Positions 50,387-61,996 of a DNA stretch of 64,000 bases are shown piece after piece. Location of the stretch: assembly GCF_039654945.1 (NCBI RefSeq), contig NW_027361759.1, positions 12,152,001-12,216,000 on the forward strand. Reading direction: 5' to 3'. A model generated the notes under the pieces. The model did no database searches and was not told the DNA's origin. It saw nothing but the letters and a program-made list of their open reading frames with translations. This DNA is from Dendrobates tinctorius (Eukaryota). Each line of letters begins with the position of its first letter. Within the stretch, counting starts at the first letter, position 1. The position numbers and the translations under genes are program-made.

Positions 50387-50862
50387 GGCCTCTTTCACAC
50401 TTCAGTTTTTTGCATCAGTCAAAATCCGCCAAAAGGACGGATGGATGGCGGATCCGTTTTAGTACTGATGACAACAGATGCCACCCGTCCGTTTTTTTGA
50501 TGGATCCGACAAATGAAGAATTTCAAAGGAATCGCAGCCTGGAAAAGGAGAGAGAATGAATGAATTTTTTTTTTTTGTCCGGCACCCAGAAAGAATTTCG
50601 GGTTAAACGAGTGTCTGGAGGATCCACCAGAGAAAAAAACGTTGCAAGCTCCGTTTTGAAATCTTTGAGGATGGTGACGGACAGCAACTTTTGGCGGATC
50701 CGCAAAAAAAACGGATGCAACGGACGGCAATCCGTCACAATCCGCCAATAATGGAAGTCAATGGGGAAAAAAACGGATCCTCAAAAGAAAATTGCGGATC
50801 CGTTTTTTTCAAAACCTGGCGGATTGTGACTGATTGTAAAAAACTGAAGTGTGAAAGAGGCC
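50387..50862. mobile_element. Harbinger MITE in the BEL 5' UTR
   Basis: GGCCTCTTTCACACTTCAGTTTTT / AAAAACTGAAGTGTGAAAGAGGCC with TTA TSD. Confidence 0.9.
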
Positions 50863-51542
50863 TTACATCATATAGATTTCATTAGCCTGTGTGCAGCACA
50901 GCCCCTCCCCCAGCCTTCACCCTGCAGAGACTGTAGCAGATCATATTACACAGATCTCATCTGCCTGTAAGTTACAATGGCTGAAGGAAAGTCTGCAATA
51001 TCTGAATATGAGGACTCAGCCACTAACAGACCCAGGCGCTCTGCTAAGCCGTCACTGAAAGCTATAGAGAACCTTGAAGTCATTAAACATGAACTTTCTT
51101 GTAATATATCCGTCTTATGGCAAAGACTGCAGAGTCACATTAACAGCATCTCCCAGTATGCCTCTCATGAGTTACCAGCAGAGGGAGCCCTTGAACAATT
51201 GTACTCTGCATACCAGGCTTACAAAGACACTTGCAGAAAATACATCTCAACGCTACGGAAATTAAATACGCCAGAATCGCTAAAAGAATGCGAGGTCTTC
51301 CAACAGCTCAATGCCGAACGAGATAGCACCGTGCGCGACATTGTGAACAAAACAGAAGCAAAAATCTCACAAATGTCAGAAGTGACATCGCACAGATCCA
51401 GGTCTGCTAGGAGCTCAAAGCACTCAATCAAGTCAAGCTCATCAAGGTACTCAACCCTAAGTGAGCAGCTCATAAAAGCGCGTGCCGAAGCAGAATCTTT
51501 GAAAGTGCAAGCCATTTTCGCGCAAAAGAAAGCAGAGAAGGA

Positions 51543-51690
51543 AACAGTATCTGCACGCAAGAAAGCAGAGATGGAAGCTGAATCCGCACGCAAGAAAGCA
51601 GAGATGGAAGCTGAATCCGCACGCAAGAAAGCAGAGATGGAAGCTGAATCCACATGCAAGAAAGCAGAGATGGAAGCCGAATATGCACGC
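51543..51690 (+). repeat. In-frame 33-bp tandem repeat in BEL gag (ARKKAEMEAES x ~4)
   Basis: GCACGCAAGAAAGCAGAGATGGAAGCTGAATCC units. Confidence 0.9.
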
Positions 51691-54600
51691 GAGAAGGTGG
51701 AAATAGAAGTCCTGCAGAAGGAATACGAACATGCAGCAGCTGTGGCAAAGCTAAAGGTCTTCGAGCAGGCTCTAGGTGGGAGCCAAGGAGGCAGCATCAA
51801 TTCGTATGAACTCGACATGGAAGACCCACTTAAGTGCACAAGAAATTATGTGCTGAGTCAAACCAACGAATCCCTGACCACCAACAACATTCCCGTCAGC
51901 ACCCATCTCTCTCTAGAGCATCAGGACGTCGATCCGCCTGCACATTCTAGCTTTCACGGTCAGTCAAATGAACCACAAACATTCAAACCCGAACCTTCTT
52001 CATGTGTCAGTACACGGCCTGACCCTACACCTCAGCCAGTGCCATACACCAACATGCAACATGCAACCTAACATGCCGACAAGGCACTGCGCTCCTCATA
52101 ACTGTGTGGTTCCAGTCCTGCATACAACAGAGATCATATGCCACAAACCGGTTGCTGGTCTAAACGCCTACGCCACTCCATATCTTCCCATGTTCTTGAA
52201 CCAAGAAGCTAAGACCCACGCTAACAGCATCACTCAGCCGGCAAATGTTACTCCAAAGTCAGAAAGAACAGACATGGCCGAATTTGCGAGGCTAATGTTA
52301 CGCCGAGAACTCACCAACACCGGTCTCACAAGGTTCGACGGCCAGCCTGAGAATTACAGAGGTTGGAAATATACCTTTAAAGCCGCAATTAGTGACCTCG
52401 GCATCACTGCTGCTGAAGAGCTGGATCTGCTAATCAGGTGGCTCGGACCTCAATCCATGGAGCGGGTTAAGAGGCTCAGATCCGTCCACATCAGTAATTT
52501 AGCAGCTGGTCTCATGGCTGCATGGGAAAGACTAGAATGTAGCTTTGGCAGTCCTGAAGCCATAGAGAATGCACTGTTTAAGCATCTACAGGAAGTTCAA
52601 AATTCCTAGAGCTCAGTGACCTACTCCTAGAGCTCCAGTTAGCCAAGGCAGACACGGACCTACCTGGTCTTAGCTACCCGGATACCGCTAGTGGCGTTAA
52701 CTCAATAGTCTCAAAGCTGCCATACAATATACAAGAGAAGTTGGCCACTATTGGATCAAAGTACAAAAAAGCCAATCAAGTCTCCTTTCCTCCATTTTCC
52801 TACTTCTGTGACTTTATCAAGGATATCGCAGAGCGTAAGACCGACCCAAGTTTTTCCTATGTAGAACCCAGCGGACCCGGTCCAACTCCTCCTAATTATG
52901 AGGGTCCACGTACTAACCTGAAAAGCCAAAGAGGCCCAGTGTCAGCGAAAAAGATCGACATCCTTCCCACACCTACATCAGCTCCAAACCAGAGCAACAC
53001 AGGGGACAAGGTTGAAGATCCTAATCGTATGTGTCTCATTCATAAGAAGCCACATCCCTTAAAGAAGTGCATTGGCTTCAGAAAGAAGCCGCTCCACAAA
53101 CGCAAGGAACTTCTAAAGACCTTTGGTGTATGTTGCAGATGTTGTGCTTCTACTGAACACTTTGCTAATGACTGTAAAATTCCTATTAAGTGTTTGGATT
53201 GTGACAGTGAGGACCACGTGCAAGCACTCCATACATCCCAGCCTACCTCTGCTCAGCTCACACCTTCCATACCCACCACAAGCTATGGCGGAGAGGAAAC
53301 AGAGCAAGCAAGTACTACCAAGGTATCATCTTCATGCACAGAAGTTTACGGAGAAGACCTCTGGGACAAGTCATGTGCAAAGATATGCCTGGTGAACATA
53401 TATCCTAAGGGTCAGCCCGAAAAGGAACTTCTAAAGACCTTTGGTGTATGTTGCAGATGTTGTGCTTCTACTGAACACTTTGCTAATGACTGTAAAATTC
53501 CTATTAAGTGTTTGGATTGTGACAGTGAGGACCACGTGCAAGCACTCCATACATCCCAGCCTACCTCTGCTCAGCTCACACCTTCCATACCCACCACAAG
53601 CTATGGCGGGGAGGAAACAGAGCAAGCAAGTACTACCAAGGTATCATCTTCATGCACAGAAGTTTACGGAGAAGACCTCTGGGACAAGTCATGTGCAAAG
53701 ATATGCCTGGTGAACATATATCCTAAGGGTCAGCCCGAAAAGAGCACAAGGGTGTACGCCATCATGGACGATCAAAGCAACCGATCACTTGCAAGGTCAG
53801 AGCTCTTTGATTTGATTTAAAAGGAAATGCTTACCCCTACACCTTGGGTACTTGCAGTGGTGTCACAGAGGTCTCTGGGAGAAGAGCCAATGGACTTATA
53901 GTATCTTCACTTGAGAACAACGTAGAGATACCTCTGCCTACACTCGTCGAGTGCAACCAGATACCATCCAATAGAGAGGACATTCCAACGCCAGAGATTG
54001 CTCTTCATCACCCTCATCTAATGACGATAGCCAACAAGATACCAGCTCTTGACAACAGTGCAGATATCCTGATCCTGCTCGGTAGAGACATTCTCCGACT
54101 GCATAAGGTACGTCAGCAGATCAATGGACCACATGATGCTCCATTTGCTCAACGCTTTGATCTAGGCTGGGTTATCATAGGCAACGTCTGTATAGACAAG
54201 ATGAAGAGGCCTACAAAGATTTACTCATGTAAGACTCATGTCTTGCCAAATGGTCGAAGTACATACTGTCAACCAAGCCCACATCACTACTGGGTGAAAG
54301 AAACACTGAGTGACTGTAAGCGGCAGCTAGAAACCTATGACAACATGAATATATTCTGGTCCTGTGACGAAAACCTCAGGTCAACGGTGTTTGATTCTAC
54401 AAATGAAAATAACAAGTTGGCACCAGCAAGAGAGGACAAAGAATTCATTAAGGTCATTAACAAGGAATTTACCCAGGATGACTCCAACAACTGGACAGCA
54501 CCCTTACCCCTTCATTCTCCAAGGACAAGTTTGCCAAACAATCTGCAGCAAGCAACTGCAAGACTTGCATCTTTAAAACGAACTTTAACCCCTTACCTAC

Positions 54601-56036
54601 AATGGACGTAATATTCCATCGATGTGACCCTGGACCTAATTACCATGGACGGAATATTACGTCCCAGCGATCAGCGGCGCCCACGTGGTGAGCGCCGCTG
54701 ATCGCGGCCGGGTGTCAGCTGATTATCACAGTTGACACCCGGAACAATGTGTCAGGGGCGGTCACGGACCGCCCCCGACACGTTAACCCCTTGTACACCG
54801 CGATCAAACGCGATCGCGGTGTACCGGGGGTTAAAGGGAAGCATCGGCAGGGAGGTGGCTCCCTCCTTGCTTCCCTGAGCCCCCCACAGCAGCGCTGCTG
54901 CGTGGGTCTCTTTCCCTACAGGCCCCCGGATCCAAGATGGCGACGGGGGCCTTCGGGGGCCTGTAGGGAGCTGACTTCCTCACTGCCTGCAAAGCGCAGG
55001 CATGAGGAAGTCTGCAGAACTGCCTGTGACAGATTGCTGATCTGTCACAGTGATCTGTGATGTGACAGATCAGCGATCTGTCACAGGACAGTGATGTCCC
55101 ACGTGGGACAAGGTAATAAAGTAAAAAAAAAAAAAAGTGTTAAAAATAATTTTAAAAAAATCGCTAAATAAATTAGTAAAAAAAAAAAATATTCCCTAAT
55201 AAATCCATTTTTTCAAAATAAAAAAAATAAAATAAATAAAAGTACACATATTTGGTATCGCCGCGTCCGTAGCGACCCGCCCTATAAAACTGTCCCATTA
55301 GTTAACCCCTTTAGCGAACCCCTTAAAAAATAAAAATAAAAAACGAAGCAAAAAATAATGATTTATTATCATACCACCGAACAAAAAGTGCAATAACGCG
55401 CGATCAAAAAGACACATATAAATATCCATGGTACCGCTGAAAACGTCATCTTGTCCCGCAAAAAACGAGCCGCCATACAGCGTCATCCGCAAAAAAATAA
55501 AAAAGTTATAGCTCGCAGAATAAAGCGATACAAAAATAATTATTTTTTATATAAAATTATTTTCATTGCAAAAAACCGACAAAACATAAAAAAACGGCCA
55601 AAATGAGGTATTGCTGTAACCGTACTGACACGAAGAATAAAAACACTTTATCAATTTTACTGCACGCGGAACGGTGTAAACGCACCCCCCAAAAGAAATT
55701 CATGAAACGCTGGTTTTTGTTCATTCTGCGTCCCAAAAATCGGAATAAAAAGCGATCAAAAAAGTCACATGCCCGAAAATGGTACCAATGAAAACGTCAA
55801 CTCGTCCCGCAAAAAATAAGACCTCACATGACTCGGTGGGTCAAAATACAGAAAAATTATAGCTCACAATATGTGGTGATGCAAAAACTATTTTACAATT
55901 AAAAGCGTCTTTTAGCGTCTGACAGCTGCCAAACATAAAAACCGCCATAAATAGTAAATCAAACCCCCGTTATCACCCCCTTAGTTAGGGAAAAATAATA
56001 AAACTAAAAGAAAATGTATTTATTTCCATTTTCCCA

Positions 56037-56130
56037 TAAGGGTTAGGGTTAGGGTTAGGGCTAGGGTTAGGGCTAGGGTTAGGGTTAGGGCTAGGGCTCA
56101 GATTAGGGTTAGGGGTGTGTTGGGGTTAAA
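56037..56130 (+). repeat. Telomere-like (TTAGGG/CTAGGG)n tract
   Basis: About a dozen hexamers. Confidence 0.95.
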
Positions 56131-56149
56131 GTTGGAGTTATAATTGGGG

Positions 56150-59100
56150 GGTTTCCACTGTTTGGGCACATCAGGTGCTTTCCAAAGGCAACATGGCGTC
56201 TGATCTCAATTCCAGCCAATTCTGCATTGAAAAAGTCAAATGGTGCTCCTTCCCTTCCAAGCTCTGCCATGCGCCCAAGCAGTGTTTTACCCCCACATAT
56301 GGGGTATCAGCCCACTCAGGACAAATTACAAAACAACTTTTGGGGTCCAATTTCTCCTGTTACCCTTAGGAAAATAAAAAATTGGGGGCAAAAATATCAT
56401 TTTTACGGAAAAAAATGATTTTTTTATTTTCACGCCCAGGCGTTATAAACTTCTGTGAAGCACTTGGGGGTTCAAAGTGCTCACCACACATCTAGATAAG
56501 TTCCGTGGGGGGTCTAGTTTCCAAAATTGGGTCACTTGTGGGGAGTTTCAATAGTTTAGGTACATCAGGGGCTCTCCAAACGCACATGACACCCGCAGAC
56601 CAATCCATCAAAGTCTGCATTCCAAAACGTTACTACTTCCCTTCCGAGCCCCGACGTGTGCCCATACAGTAGTTTTCTCACACATATGAGGTATCAGCGT
56701 ACTCAGGACAAATTAGACAACAACTTTTGGGGTCCAATTTCTCCTGTTACCCTTGGGAAAATAAAAAAAAATGGGGACTAAAAGGTGATGTTTGTTGAAA
56801 AAATACGATATTTTTATTTTCACGCCCGGTCGTTATAAACTTCTGTGAAGCACTGGGGGGTTCAAAGTGCTCACCACACATCTAGATAAGTTCATTAGGG
56901 GGTCTAGTTTCCAAAATGGGTCACTTGTGGGGGGTTTCTACTGTTTAGGTACATCAGGGGCTCTCCAAACGCACATGACACCCGCAGACCAATCCATCAA
57001 AGTCTGCATTCCAAAACGTCACTACTTCCCTTCCGAGCCCCGACATGTGCCCATACAGTAGTTTTCTCACACATATGAGGTATCAGCGTACTCAGGACAA
57101 ATTCGACAACAACTTTTGGGGTCCAATTTCTCCTGTTACCCTTGGGAAAATAAAAAAATGGGGACTAAAAGGTGATATTTGTTGAAAAAATACGATATTT
57201 TTATTTTCATGCCCGGTCGTTATAAACTTCTGTGAAGCACTGGGGGGGTTCAAAGTGCTCACCACACATCTAGATAAGTTCATTAGGGGGTCTAGTTTCC
57301 AAAATGGGGTCACTTGTGGGGGGTTTCTACTGTTTAGGTACATCAGGGGCTCTCCAAAAGCAACATGACACCCGCAGACCATGCCATCAAAGTCTGCATT
57401 CCAAAACATCACTACTTCCCTTCCGAGCCCGACATGTGCCCATACAGTAGTTTTCTCCCACATATGAGGTATCAGCGTACTCAGGACAAATTGGAAAACA
57501 ACTTTTGGCATCCAATTTCTCCTGTTACCCTTGGGAAAATAAAAAAAAATTGGAGACTAATTGATCATGTTTGTGGAAAAAATACGATTTTTTTATTTTC
57601 ATGCCTGGGCATTATAAACTTCTGTGAAGCCCTTGGGGGTTCAAAGTGCTCACCACACATCTAGATAAGTTCCACAGGGGGTCTAGTTTCCAAAATTGGG
57701 TCATTTGTGGGGGGTTTCCACTGTTTAGGTACATTAGGGGCTCTCCAAAGGCAACATGACACCCGCAGACCATTCCATCAAAATCTGCATTCCAAAATGT
57801 CACTACTTCCCTTCCGAGCCCCGACGTGTCCCCATACAGTAGTTTTCTCCCACATATGGGGTGTCAGCGTACTCAGGAAAAATTGGACAACAGCTTTTGG
57901 GGTCCAATTTCTGCTGTTACCCTTGGGAAAATAAAAAAAATGGGGACTAAAAGATGATGTTTGTGGAAAAAATACGATTTTTTTATTTTCACGCCCGGGC
58001 GTTATAAACTTCTGTGAAGCACTCAGGGGTTTAAAGTGCTCACCACACATCTAAATAAGTTCCTTGGGGGGTCTAGTTTCCAAAATGGTGTCATTTGTGG
58101 GGGGTTTCTACTGTTTTGGTACATCAGGGGCTTTCCAAACGCGACATGGTGTCCGATCTCAATTCCAGCCAAAAACGTCAAATGGTGCTGCTTCCCTTCC
58201 GAGCTCTGCCATGCGCCCAAATAGTGGTTTACCCCCACATGTCGGGTATCAGCGCAGTCAGGATAAATTGCACAATATCTTTTAGGGCCCTGTTACTCTT
58301 GGAAAAATAAGAATTGAGGGTGAAAAGATCATTTTTGTGGAAAAAATATGATTTTTTAATTGTACGGCTGTATGTTATAAACTTCTGTGAAGCCCTTGGG
58401 GGTTCAAAGTTCTCACCACACATCTAGATAAGTTCCTTGGGGGGGCCTAGATTCCAAAATGGTGTCATTTGTGGGGGGTTTCCACTGTTTTGGTACATCA
58501 GGGGTTTTCCAATCGCGACATGGTGTCCGATCTCAATTCTAGCCAAAAACGTCAAATGGCGCTGCTTCCCTTCCAAGCTCTGCTATGCGCCCAAATAGTC
58601 ATTTACACCCACATATGGGGTATCAGCCTACTCAGGACAAATTGCACAATAACTTTTAGAGTCTTGTTACCCTTGGAAAAATAAAAATTGGGGGTGAAAA
58701 GATCATTTTTGTGGAAAAAATATGATTTTTTAATTGTACCGCTGTACGTTATAAACTTCTGTGAAGCCCTTGTGGGTTCAAAGTTCTCACTACATATCTA
58801 GATAAGTTCCTTGGGGGGTCTAGTTTCCAAAATGGGGTCACTTGGGGGGGTTTCCACTGTTTAGGTACATCAGGGGCTCTCCAAACGCGACATGGCGTCC
58901 GATCTGAATTCCAGCCAATTTTGCATTGAAAAAGTCAAACGGTGCTCCTTCCCTACTGAGGTCTGCCATGCGCAGAAACAGTGGTTCCCCTCCACATATC
59001 AGGTATCAGCGTACTCAGGACAAATTGCACAATAACTTTTGCAGTCCAATTTCTCCTGTTACCCTTGGTAAAATAAAGAAAATTGAACCTGAAGTATTTT
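56150..59100 (+). repeat. Tandem array of ~390/374-bp units
   Basis: Marker TCTAGATAAG at 56491, 56881, 57269, 57660, 58050, 58423 and 58797. Confidence 0.95.
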
Positions 59101-61477
59101 TTTTGTGAAAAAAAGTTAAATGTTAATTTTTTTTTTAAATATTCAAAAAATTCCTGTGACGCACCTAAAGGGTTAATAAACTTTTTGAATGTGGTTTTGA
59201 GCACCTTAAGGGGTGCAGTTTTTAGAATGGTGTCACTTTTGGGTATTTTCTATCATACAGACCCCTCAAAGTGGCTTCAAATGTGATGTGGTCCCTAAAA
59301 ATAAAATGGTGCTGCAAAAATGAGAAATCGCTGGTCAACTTTTAACCCTTATAACTTCCTAAAAAATAAACATTTTGGTTCCAAAATTGTGCTGATGTAA
59401 AGTAAACATGTGGGAAATGTTATTTATTAAGTTTTTTGTGTGCCGTATCGCTGTGATTTAAGGGCATAAAAATTCAAAGTTGGAAAATTGCAAAATTTTC
59501 AAAATTTTCGCCAAATTTCCATTTTTTTCACAAATAAACGCAAGTTATTTGAATGCAATTTTACCACTAACATGAAGTACAATATGTCATGAGAAAACAG
59601 TGTCAGAATCACAGGGATCCATGGAAGCGTTTCAGAGTTATGACCTCATAAAGGAACAGTGGTCAGAATTGTAAAAATTGGCCCGGGAGTTAACGTGCCA
59701 ACCACCCTTCGTAGTGAAGGGGTTAAAAATGAAACCAGAGATGGAAAAACATTTCCTCGACTTCATGCAGAATATTTTTGATAGAAATCATGCAGAGCCT
59801 GCTCCACAACTAAAGGAAGGAGAAGAATGCTGGTATCTTCCATTCTTTGGTGTCTACCATCCTCGCAAACCCAATCAAATCAGAGTGGTGTTTGACTCCA
59901 GTGCCCAGTATGAAGGTATTTCTCTCAATAACCTGCTCCTCACCGGACTCAACCTGAACAATAGTCTCATAGGCGCCTGCAAAGAACTTCAGCTTGATCA
60001 TTTCTTAACCGACAATGAGTGAGCTTGGGTGTTCAACCCCCCAACATTCATCGCATACGGGAGGATCCTGGGAGCGCATGATTGGAATTGCACAAAGAAT
60101 TCTTGATTCAATGCTGCTGGACCACAAGCTGCCACTCACCCATGAAGACTTGGTCACCTTCCTCGCGGAAGTGTCTGCAATAATAAATGCCAGACCGCTG
60201 GTGCCGGTATCGTCGGACCCTGATGCCCCAATGATCCTTACACCAGCAACTCTTCTTACACAGAAAATTGGAACCGCCACAATTCCTCCTGGAAATTTCA
60301 ACCTCAAGGACATGTACAGACGTCAGTGGAAGCAGGTACAACACCTGTCTAATGTCTTTTGGCACCGTTGGAAGACGGAATACCTGCATCTGCTCCAGAG
60401 CCGTCACAAATGGCAGACAGCAAAACCTAACCTCCAAGAAGGAGACCTCGTCCTCCTAAAAGACAAAGAAGCTTATCGCAATGACTGGCCAATGGGTCTT
60501 ATCACCAAGGCTATGCCCAGTGAGGATGGAAAGACCCGAAAGGTGGAAGTCAAGGTAACAAAAGGTGGTTCATCACGACTTCTCCTTCGCCCAGTCACCG
60601 AACTTGTACTGCTTCTACCAAAGGAGGACATCACATAAAAGATATTTCTACTGGACACAGCTCACAATGGAGAGCATACCGACATACACCCTTAACTGTC
60701 AAGAACTTGAAATTCATCTTTGGATTGTTTGGGTTGGTGAAAGTGTTGGCACGTTGCGGCTTCCCCAATCTGAAGATAGGTTCTCCTATGGACTTGGACT
60801 ATCCATCCGTTGAGGACTTCACGTCATCAACCAAGAATTGGACTTGCAACTGTTAGAGTTTATTTTCATGTTGTGTTTCTTCTTTTTTTTGTCTTCCAGG
60901 CTTCTAGGACGCCGTTGATCATCATCGTGACACGTCATGTCAAGTTGAATCATCATGAAATCTAAAGATTTCAGACGGGGAGTGTCATGTCCCATGATTT
61001 TGAATCATCAGACAGTACTGCATTTTATCATATTGTTGTTTCCATTGCTGTATATAGATCTGTTCCTTTTAGAGGTTTTCTCCTCCCCCCTTGCATGTGA
61101 CTCTCATTTCTGTAACCCCTCCCTTCTTCTCCATTTTTGAGTCTTCTCTATCTTGGAGACACACGTTTATACAGCTCTGTACAAGGAAAATCTCTTTTTA
61201 CCTACTGTAACGTGCATTATGCAAGGATTCAGCCGAGAATAAACCTTCTACTGGACTCTTCAAACTTGGTCTTTTCAGTCGAGTTTAAATTATCTGCGGA
61301 CATCACTAAATGTGAGTAACGGTCAACAGACTCCATGGGTTGGCAGTCTGAGCGCCCACACACTTACAGTTTGGCCATGAGGCAGAATAGATAGTAAATA
61401 CTAACACACTAACCAACCTATTATAAAATATGATAAAATTCTGATTAAGAAACACTGATAAAACCTTGAAAGTTTGT

Positions 61478-61703
61478 GGCCCATATCCGCACTGCCAGCT
61501 TGTGAAGAAACGGCAGACGCCAGAAGTATTATATAGTAACGGTTTCTTTTATTTTTCTACGCATATCAATGTGTAACCCACTATTTCATGAAGAAAGTGG
61601 GTTACACTTTGAAACGTGAGGAAAATTTTAAAAAAAAATTGTTATTTTATAATATTTCTGGCGTCCGACGTTTCTTCACAAGCTGGCAGCGTGGGTATGG
61701 ACC
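61478..61703. mobile_element. Palindromic MITE (Harbinger-like)
   Basis: CTGCCAGCTTGTGAAGAAACG / CGTTTCTTCACAAGCTGGCAG arms with a central hairpin. Confidence 0.6.
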
Positions 61704-61996
61704 AGAAACTTTCCATGTTTTATTTGCTCTTCAGGTGAAATCACCCATGGATCCGCAGCAGCCTTTCAACCCTGGTCAGCATATATCGATACAATTCCTG
61801 ATATTTATGAACCAGATAAGATCTTGTCCATGCGCTATTTTTTCTCTTCAGCTTTTTTTGCATTAAAAAATAGCGATGAAGCACAATGTTTTATTGCATA
61901 GGAGAAAAATCACTCACGTACAAATGAGGCCTTTATGTAATGAAGACAAGTTGGTACAGAGAATAAGAGTGTTATATTGTGCTCAGTTATCATAGT

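Larger units (their letters stand above)
54589..59722. mobile_element. Non-autonomous TTAA-specific (piggyBac-type) element, copy 2
   Basis: TTAA TSD at 54585-54588 and 59723-59726. TIRs CCCCTTACCTAC / GTAGTGAAGGGG. Removal restores BEL pol LKRTLKMKPEMEKH. Confidence 0.92.
50977..60638 (+). pseudogene. BEL/Pao gag-pol (stops, frameshifts, insertion and deletion)
   Basis: FDGQPENY, three Cys/His knuckles, protease AIMDDQSNRS and ILLGRD, RT start WYLPFFGVYHPRKP..RVVFDSS, integrase GGSWERMIG..INARPL..WPMG..RPVTELV. Confidence 0.92.
49898..61389 (+). mobile_element. BEL/Pao LTR retrotransposon, decayed
   Basis: 407-bp LTRs (49898-50304, 60983-61389; about 10 substitutions by eye), TSD GATGG/GATAG, PPT AGACGGGGAG. 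Confidence 0.95.

Noticed and set aside
56150-59100. CRISPR array or multi-gene cluster
   Set aside because: Whole units repeat with no unique spacers; the short ORFs are repeat by-products and the context is eukaryotic
61586-61620. Hammerhead-like TGAAGA..GAAAC
   Set aside because: The core lacks C3 and stem I; it is the central hairpin of a palindromic MITE
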